From Macrostomum hystrix (Eukaryota; Animalia; Platyhelminthes): a stretch of DNA of 64,000 nucleotides. Where the stretch lies: assembly GCA_950097015.1 (NCBI GenBank), contig CATNEN010000038.1, positions 7,440,001 to 7,504,000 of the forward strand. The letters run 5' to 3'. The notes beneath the pieces are model-generated. The model saw only the letters and a list, made by a program, of their open reading frames with translations. It ran no database searches and had not been told where the DNA came from. A program made the translations under genes and the position numbers. Shown here one piece after another: positions 56,901-64,000 of this stretch (positions are counted from its first letter, which is position 1; each line of letters opens with the position of its first letter).

Positions 56901-57698
56901 CAAATGAATGCGGCCTCGCCACGGAATCGAGCTCAGGGACCTTGGTGCGAGAGGCGAACGCGTTAACCGCTCTGCCACTCACCCCCTTTCAGAGCTGAAC
57001 TCGCATGTCAAAGCTGGGGATATCCAGCCATTGCTGTCCGTCGCGCCTTCAATGGTCGCCAATATTATCGGTTTCATCGAGCCGCTGATTGCCCGTGAGT
57101 GAAAGACTAGTCATTTCAGAGTGCCAGCTTGGTGTTAAAGCCCAAGCTCTTTTGCTCGAGTATTCTGCGCCTCATTAAGTGAGCAAAAAGTATGAATTTT
57201 TCAGATGCCCAAGCTACGAGGGGCGCGGGCATGGAGTCGGTTTACAATGGACGCTACTACTTTGTGCTACCGAAGAGCTGTCGCTATCCTGATGAAGGTA
57301 ATCTGCATGCGATTCTCGAGAGACCGCCACTGAACATCCGCATTGACAGACGGCGCTTCACCGACACCGCCACAAACAGACAGTATAACATCCGCGTGTA
57401 CCAGCGGGCAGATCGGGAAGCAGCCTTCGAGTTCCCTCCTTCCCTATGGAGTCTCCACCGTCTCGTTCACAGCGCAATCAGCGGACTGAGCCACCGTCGC
57501 ATCATGGCCAACGTCGAGTGCTTCAAGGAGCGCCTAAAAAAGCTCGAGCGGCATCATCGTTCTTGCTACTTCGAGCTGGTCGAGTGGGACGACACGGGCT
57601 TCTTCGATGACGCTGAGGAGCTCGGAGAATCTTCGGAGCCAGCTGCCCAAGTTCAGGCGGCAGCTGAGCGTCTTCTGCAGTGTCTGAACCTTAGTTAA
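53915..57698 (+). CDS. Soluble TIR-STING-TIR-STING-like protein (tandem STING cyclic-dinucleotide-binding domains), at least 6 exons, ~750 aa
   Basis: Exons 53915-54153, 54666-54837, 55180(or 55189)-56105, 56179-56491, 56993-57094, 57205-57698; all GT-AG, phases 1/0/1/0/1/1 join into one open frame; AATAAA overlaps the stop. STING-1: NLGEGLAWQLSVGFLSCILPRLESVI versus human [26 protein letters not shown]. STING-2: SVAPSMVANIIGFIEPLI...RYYFVLPKSCRYPD...NRQYNIRVY...AFEFPPSLWSLHRL..SAISGLS...VECFKERLKKL versus RLYILLPLDCGVPD...DRVYSNSIY...VLEYATPLQTLFAM..YSQAGFS...AKLFCRTLEDIL. TIR-like alpha/beta segments precede each STING domain. Start exon uncertain. Confidence 0.8.
54298..54470 (+). mobile_element. 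SINE family B (CORE-like) in an intron of the STING-like gene
   Basis: GGTTTTAGCCTAGAGGTTAGAGCG...GAAGGTCAGGGGTTCGATTC, then GCAAGTCATTTAACTCTG (CORE-like). Confidence 0.75.
56620..56987 (-). mobile_element. SINE family A, full length, in an intron of the STING-like gene
   Basis: tRNA-like head GGGGGTGAGTGGCAGAGCGGTTAACGCG...GCTCGATTCC, conserved body, internal (CATTTGGTGA)5 expansion near the 3' end. Confidence 0.85.
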
Positions 57699-58279
57699 TA
57701 AAGCAAATGAGTTCAAGCACAAATCACAAACAGAGAGTTTGTGATTGAATTGTTCAAGTTTCGCGAATTGTTATTCAGCGTTCAAAAACCTTTTTAGAAG
57801 TCGCTTTGACTAATTTGCACTCGGGGGATGTTGCATCCAGCAACTCCCAATTTTATTTTCCCTCATTTATCGATTGCTACCCTGCGCCGTTTGTGTCGAT
57901 CTCTATGTTGTCACACATTCATTGAAATCGCATCTCAATTGGTCGACACGTCCAAAACATGCAGCCTTTTGGTCAGCTTTTATGTCCACTTTTTTCGCCG
58001 TGCTGCACAAAGTTCACCTCCGACTTGGTTGTTAAGTTTAAATATGCCCGTAGCAGCAGCATAGAAGTGTACAATTACTTTATCTATAAAACTGGAAGCG
58101 TGCAAGCAAAGTATGGAAATTTACACGTCTTGTCTGTCCTTAAACTAATCAGATCGGTTGTTTCACGACGGTAGTATTTCCCCACCCTATGGAGGCCCAA
58201 TATGTAATGAGGGCTATAGCACAGATTTACAACCGAACATGTAAAAACTATCGCATAGCCTGGGGTAACAAGCCTGGGG

Positions 58280-58633
58280 TTGACACCTGGATGTTTTGAG
58301 ATAGTGTCAGAAGGAGGTACGGAGTTTGTACGCGTCGCTGTCGTCATGCTGTCTAAAAATGTTAAAGCGTCGTTGAACGAGAAGGCATTCAAGGATCTCA
58401 AGTTAGCTCGGATGTACAGCGTGCAAGACAAAACTGTTTGTCCCGTCGAAGCCTTTAAAATGTACGTCTCTCAACTACCGAATGGATGTGAGGTGTTGTT
58501 CCCAAGGCTCAATAAGTCTGGCTTCTCAGCCTGCCAACGACTAGGCAAAGATTCACTTGGAGACTTCATGAAGAATCTGAGTGCGTGTCTGGCGAACAAA
58601 AAAATGGTAACGCATCAAGGCTACAAATTATGA
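58280..58633 (+). pseudogene. Crypton-like tyrosine recombinase / DUF3504 fragment
   Basis: SKN...RMYS....CPVEAFKMYVSQLP....LFPR......RLGKDSLGDFMKNLS matches the DUF3504/CryptonA pattern; both ends truncated. Confidence 0.75.
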
Positions 58634-58905
58634 TTGTCTAAAAGAGTTACAATGCTTGCTAATTACCCTTTCTCACCTGCATGGTGGAACTTCTTGACTT
58701 TCATCTGGTGGTGGAACCTACGAGTACTTGAGCTGAATAGCTAAATCCACAGAATATTACACAGAATGCTCAGTCGAGCTCTCTGCATGAAAATAGCTGT
58801 GCCAGAAAAATGTGCAATTAAGCCTATACTCTTGTGGTGAAGAAAAGTTAGTAGCATACTACCATGAAATTCTAGGATCTGTGCCGCAGAAGATTATTTG
58901 CGTGG

Positions 58906-61900
58906 TGTTACGTTTGAGGAACACGAAGGCACTTGGGTTTGTGAATTGCAGAAGAGCGTTATTAGAGCAGCTCCAAGTTGGCATGAGCCTAAAGCTCGCT
59001 GTTATATTTCTTTACCCTTAAGGGGCATTGAAGCTTCTAGCAAACAAGATGTACAGTAGCATTTTGCCTCAATGGCACATAGACTACTTTTAGACGAGAA
59101 TAAGTCTATAAATAAATCTGCATAGCATGCAGCATATGCAACACCCCCACCGATGCTGAAAAACGTCAGTAACCCAAACGATCAGGGGGTCGACGTTGGC
59201 GAGAACTCCGCCTCAGTTCTTGCGCCGTTTCCGTAGCTTGATTAGCCGTGACGTCGGTAGTTTTTTCCTCCGAGACGGGTTTTTGATTCTGGTCGGAATC
59301 AGATCCGTCAGTCACGTCATGAAGCTTTGGTATAATATCCGATTGATGTACCAGCCGACCCTTGTCGTCACGAAAGGTATTGGTTCCGACGGAAGTAGTA
59401 ATCATTGACGGAACCCTCTCTTCCTTGTGTTCCACACGAATGAAGACTGGTTCGGCTTGTAGTCGAGGTTGAATCCAGTCAGTGCACACTCTTGACAAGC
59501 GAGTTCTTGGCAGTTGAAGAAACACCAAACCAGCAGGAATAGAACCATTGCATTGCGGTGTAGTATTGTGAAACAGACAGAACGCGATTGCAATTCGCTC
59601 TAGTTCAGCCGCGTCAGAAGTAGCGTTTGACTTCTTTAGATGAAATTTAAACTCTTCTATTATCCGCTCCACTTGCCCATTCGACTGATGGTGACCTGGA
59701 GGAGTCAGAAGGTGCTGAACGAAGTTCTCCTTTAGGAACGTGGCGAATTCGGCGGACGTGAAATTTGTACCGTTGTCTGTCACCAAGGTTTGTGGGAGAC
59801 CCATGTAATTAAATGTTTGTCGAAATGCCCGAATTACAGATTGCGATTTCATTGAATCGATATGCCGAACATCCGCCCACTTCGAGAATGCGTCTACTAG
59901 CACTAGGAATCGGTGTCCTTTGAATATCGCGACGTCTGCGTGTACTCTCTCGAAGAACGTCTGCGCATCTTCCCAAGAGGATAAATTGGAGTTAGTTCGC
60001 TTTCTTGCGTGAAGCTGACACTGTGCACACCTTCGAACGAAGCAGTTTATCTGCGTGTCGATTCCTGGCCACCAGAAATACTGTCGTGCCAAACGAATCA
60101 TGCGCACAACTCCGGGATGATTTTCATGGAGCAGGTGTAAAATTTCCGTTCGTAATTCACTGGGTGGAACGATCCGCAATCCTTTAAACACAACACCGTT
60201 CTGAATAGTATACTCAAGCTTCCCTTTTGAGTAAGGCAACATGACTTTCGGTAAGTACTCCGGCCATCCACCCTGAATGTAATGCTTCAGTGTCTGCAGA
60301 TGGCAGTCATTCGTCTTAGCAATTCGACGCAGTAGATCTTCGGAATTCGCAAAAGTGTCCAGGGCATTTATTGACAGTAGGTTGACGGATTCCTTCGTTA
60401 TGCAATTGCCATTTGGAAGTCGCGACAGAGTATCAGCGGCGTACATCGAATCGCCTTTGGAATATTCGATCTTGTAGTCATATGCTCGTAGAATGAGCGA
60501 CCAGCGTTGAAGCCTGGCGGAAACACGTTCAGAAGATTTATTGTGATCGAAAATGAACTGAAGCGGTCTGTGGTCTGATAGAATTGTAAATCTTCTTCCG
60601 GCGAGAAACTGGTGGAAATACTTAACTCCTTCGACGATAGCCAGCGCCTCTCGTTCGATATTTGCGTAATTACCCTCTGCGGGTGTGAGCACTCTGCTTC
60701 CGAGCCAAACAATCTGTCTCTGCTCTCTGTCATGAGAGAGCACGAACCCCAATCCATCCTTTGACGCATCACAAGTCAGAAACAGACGCTTTGACGAGTC
60801 GTAAGCAGTTATCGCTCCTTGTCGGATACTTTGCTTCAATCTCTTGAAGGCCTGTGAATGCTCTTTGTTCCAGAACCAGTGCTGTCCTTTCTTCAATAAT
60901 GAATACAACGGTCGAGCGATGATAGAAAAATTCTTGCAGAACAGACCGTAGTGTCGAAGAGTACACAAGGCGCTTTTTAATTGGTCTTTATCAGTGGGAT
61001 CTGGCATATTATCCCATGCTTCTATTCTCGCTGGATCAGGCTCGAGCTTGCCGTTGTGGATAATGAACCCGAGAAACTTGACGCTTTGTAGGCATTCCTG
61101 TGACTTGCGGGCGTTAATCTTGAACCCATTGTCAGCCAAACGCTGCTTTACCTTGTTTAGCACCAGGATGTGTTGTTGTCGGTCTCCGGGAGTTCCAATT
61201 ATTATATCGTCTTGATACGAAGCAGTGCATTCTACGTTTCTGAGCACATCATCCATGACTTCTTGGAAGATTAATGGTGCTGCGGAAATTCCAAACTGAA
61301 GATTTTTGAAAGCGAAGTAGCCCAGGTGCGTAGATATGCAGGTAAGTTTCTGGCTCTCAGGAGAAAGCGCAACTTGAAGAAACGCGTCTTCTAAATCCAA
61401 GACTGAATAGTACTTGGCATTAGGAATTTTAGAAAGGATTTCTTCTAGCTTTGGAAGCTTGTAGCGATCGGCATCGATTATGCGATTAAGCGTGACTGAG
61501 TAGTCGCCACATAGACGTATTGGTCTCGCTGAGCCTTGCTGCTTTAAAACTGGAACAATTGGCGCAGAAACGGTTGGGTCTTCCACTGGATATATAATGC
61601 CTGCATTTAGCAGTCGCTTGAGCTCGGTCTCAACCATGGACTTCATAGAAAAGGGCAAAGATCTGGCTGGATATCGCATGCCGTCCGTTCTAGCATCTGA
61701 GCGGAGGCGGAAACTCGCGAGAAATCTCGAACTTGCATCACGCACCACTGGCATGCAAAGAAGATCTTCTGAAATACTTCCGTCGATGTGTAGTATGTGC
61801 AGGCGCGATAGGAAATCCATTCCCAGTATAGCCAATAAATCGCTGCCTACATACACTTTTCCCGTGGCAGATCTTCCATCGGACAGAGTAATCGTTGCAT

Positions 61901-63259
61901 CCTGAATGACTGAGTATATTTCTGGCTGGAATCCGCCGTACGACTTAAGCGTTTTAGTAATTGGTTTGAATTTCAGATTGGAACCGTCAGCAACGTGCTT
62001 GGGTATGATGGTAACTTGACTGCCTGTATCTACCAACATCTTAGCACTCGCGTCTCCAATCTTGCATGTAACAAACCACTGATCCGTTGAATGACGATCT
62101 CCGATGTCGGTTGTCGCGTAGATTGCTCCTACATGCCCATGGCTAGAATCCTCTGATCGGCACACGTTCTGCAGAGTATTAACGGTCTTGGAGCGACAAA
62201 CTGCTGCCAGGTGTCCAACCTTCCCACACTTTCGGCACTGCGCATCCCTAAATCGGCACTTTGACCTGACGTGTCCTGCTTTTCCACATGTGTGGCAGTG
62301 ACCAGTTTCACGAGGCTTTGTCGGTCCTTTGCGGTTGTCCAAACTGTGCTGCTGCTTGTGGGCAGGCGTCTTTTCTGGTCTTACCCATCCGGAATGACTC
62401 TTCTTCTGCACCGCCGCGATTGTATCCGGCTTGCTTGTTGCCATCCTAATCGACTCAGACAGCAAACCTTCTTGTATCGCGCCTTCCAAAGTGACATCCT
62501 CTCTTGAAAGAAGCTTTTGCTTTAGCACTTGATTCCGCAAGCCAAATATGTACTGCGACAGAATTAGTTCGTCTCGGAGATCACCGAATCTGCATTTGTT
62601 GGCTTGGCGCTTCAGACATTCGATGTAGGTAGCAATCGATTCACCCTCCTTTTGCACCATGGAGTGAAGCACGTGTCTCTCATAGTGAAGCAATGTTTTG
62701 GGCTTAAAATGTGCGGTTAGCGAATTCTGGATATCATCGAACGTTACTTCCTCCTTCGTGATGTCTTTTGGCTTTGCAAGCTCTTCTATCAGTGTGAAGG
62801 CTGCGTCTCCGCATGTCGCTAGAAGTACTGCTTTGGAGTGAGCTTGCTTCCCTGAAGCCACCAGGTAAAACTGCAGTCTTTTGAAATACTGCTCGATCTC
62901 GGGATAAGAAAGAGGCAGTTCTCCAAGTCGAAAATCCAACGGCTGAGTCATCACTCCTGCGAACGTAAGGTAGTCAGTACACAGCTTCTTCAGTGAATCC
63001 AGTGGTTTTTCCTCGTCGCCATGTTACGTTTGAGGAACACGAAGGCACTTGGGTTTGTGAATTGCAGAAGAGCGTTATTAGAGCAGCTCCAAGTTGGCAT
63101 GAGCCTAAAGCTCGCTGTTATATTTCTTTACCCTTAAGGGGCATTGAAGCTTCTAGCAAACAAGATGTACAGTAGCATTTTGCCTCAATGGCACATAGAC
63201 TACTTTTAGACGAGAATAAGTCTATAAATAAATCTGCATAGCATGCAGCATATGCAACA
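58906..63259 (-). mobile_element. Intact Ty3/Gypsy LTR retrotransposon (Mag-like)
   Basis: Identical 238-bp TG...CA LTRs (58906-59143, 63022-63259); 5-bp TSD CGTGG (58901-58905, 63260-63264); PBS TGGCGACGAGG (63011-63021, complementary to a tRNA-Ser(GCU)-type 3' end); short PPT GGTGGGGG (59144-59151). Confidence 0.97.
59166..62951 (-). CDS. Gag-Pol polyprotein (2 CCHC knuckles, protease, RT, RNase H, integrase)
   Basis: CHTCGKAGHVRSKC and CRKCGKVGHLAAVC; LVDTGS; RLCGDY...YQDDI; TCDAS...IEREALAI...SDHRPL; HENHPG...CAQC; TDNG...NGQVER. Single uninterrupted ORF with ATG at 62951. Confidence 0.97.
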   Translation of the reverse strand: MTQPLDFRLGELPLSYPEIEQYFKRLQFYLVASGKQAHSKAVLLATCGDAAFTLIEELAKPKDITKEEVTFDDIQNSLTAHFKPKTLLHYERHVLHSMVQKEGESIATYIECLKRQANKCRFGDLRDELILSQYIFGLRNQVLKQKLLSREDVTLEGAIQEGLLSESIRMATSKPDTIAAVQKKSHSGWVRPEKTPAHKQQHSLDNRKGPTKPRETGHCHTCGKAGHVRSKCRFRDAQCRKCGKVGHLAAVCRSKTVNTLQNVCRSEDSSHGHVGAIYATTDIGDRHSTDQWFVTCKIGDASAKMLVDTGSQVTIIPKHVADGSNLKFKPITKTLKSYGGFQPEIYSVIQDATITLSDGRSATGKVYVGSDLLAILGMDFLSRLHILHIDGSISEDLLCMPVVRDASSRFLASFRLRSDARTDGMRYPARSLPFSMKSMVETELKRLLNAGIIYPVEDPTVSAPIVPVLKQQGSARPIRLCGDYSVTLNRIIDADRYKLPKLEEILSKIPNAKYYSVLDLEDAFLQVALSPESQKLTCISTHLGYFAFKNLQFGISAAPLIFQEVMDDVLRNVECTASYQDDIIIGTPGDRQQHILVLNKVKQRLADNGFKINARKSQECLQSVKFLGFIIHNGKLEPDPARIEAWDNMPDPTDKDQLKSALCTLRHYGLFCKNFSIIARPLYSLLKKGQHWFWNKEHSQAFKRLKQSIRQGAITAYDSSKRLFLTCDASKDGLGFVLSHDREQRQIVWLGSRVLTPAEGNYANIEREALAIVEGVKYFHQFLAGRRFTILSDHRPLQFIFDHNKSSERVSARLQRWSLILRAYDYKIEYSKGDSMYAADTLSRLPNGNCITKESVNLLSINALDTFANSEDLLRRIAKTNDCHLQTLKHYIQGGWPEYLPKVMLPYSKGKLEYTIQNGVVFKGLRIVPPSELRTEILHLLHENHPGVVRMIRLARQYFWWPGIDTQINCFVRRCAQCQLHARKRTNSNLSSWEDAQTFFERVHADVAIFKGHRFLVLVDAFSKWADVRHIDSMKSQSVIRAFRQTFNYMGLPQTLVTDNGTNFTSAEFATFLKENFVQHLLTPPGHHQSNGQVERIIEEFKFHLKKSNATSDAAELERIAIAFCLFHNTTPQCNGSIPAGLVFLQLPRTRLSRVCTDWIQPRLQAEPVFIRVEHKEERVPSMITTSVGTNTFRDDKGRLVHQSDIIPKLHDVTDGSDSDQNQKPVSEEKTTDVTANQATETAQELRRSSRQRRPPDRLGY

Positions 63260-64000
63260 CGTGGCATTTTTTGCTGCCTTTCAAGCTGAGTATACAGAAG
63301 CTGCCCATGGAGAAAAGAATAGATTTGAGTGCTATTTTGAAACAACCATGTTTGTTTCGCCTAATTTTTGAGCCAACTATTGGGTATAGGCCTATACCAG
63401 TATCAAGCGTCGTTTCATCGTACTTCATCTGCAAAACTTCAAGAATGTTCCGCTGTGGTCGTCAAATTCGAAGTGCAGCCCATGAACAATCACGAAGCAG
63501 TGATATCGCAATCCACTTCCATATGAACAGTTGTACCTAGTGTAGTAATTAATAATTAGACATGGAAAAATTGCGTCAGACTAATCCTTTCTCACTCGCC
63601 ATTGCTAATTTATTTTTGTTGCCTGCTTCGGGCAAAATTCAGGCCCATACACAGTACGAGCTGCCTCCTTAATTATTCCCAACAATGTTAGTCTCATCCA
63701 GTCGCAGTTTTTTCTAACTAGTTTCTTCCAGTTTAGACTTTAACTCAAGAGCTGAGACGGCCCGAATGTACATTGTCTCTGTTATCTGTACCTTGTCTGG
63801 CAGGCATTTTGGCTATGGCTATTGTCAAAGCCTACTAGAATGAGGTCCATGTACTTGCTTGAATCAGCGCCACTTCAATGCATATCCACTTGGCTCAATT
63901 TATATTCTGCGACAAATTTGACGGACAATAGACCAAGCGAAGCTGTAAGGCTACAAAATGAGACAAATAATCCTGCGAAATGTGTAAGCGTCATAACAAA

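Noticed and set aside
63265-64000. Host gene interrupted by the Gypsy insertion
   Set aside because: Rejoining the flanks across the TSD gave stops in the frames tried and no recognisable motifs; at most a decayed relic.

Overview
Eukaryotic (animal) genomic DNA with GT-AG introns, GC-rich exons, AT-rich spacers and minisatellite-filled introns. The style resembles a free-living flatworm such as Macrostomum, but that is an inference and not proven. Left 43 kb: seven protein-coding genes, all on the minus strand (CTR9, a KH-like orphan, TACC, PI4K type II, ARPC3, RPS10, a WBP1/VOPP1-like PPxY protein). Each has a splice-acceptor-like AG shortly before its ATG, and they are interspersed with two tRNA-derived SINE families, a MITE and a deleted Helitron. 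Right 21 kb: a transposon-rich zone (Merlin, Tc1/IS630, Harbinger-Myb and Crypton remnants, and an intact recent Mag-type Ty3/Gypsy element). The main finding lies there. Six phase-compatible plus-strand exons (53915-57698), split across several ORFs in the track, assemble into a ~750-aa protein with no evident transmembrane segment and an apparent TIR-STING-TIR-STING architecture, preceded by a near-identical copy of its own STING C-terminus. All domain calls are by-eye motif comparisons and need HMM or structure confirmation.
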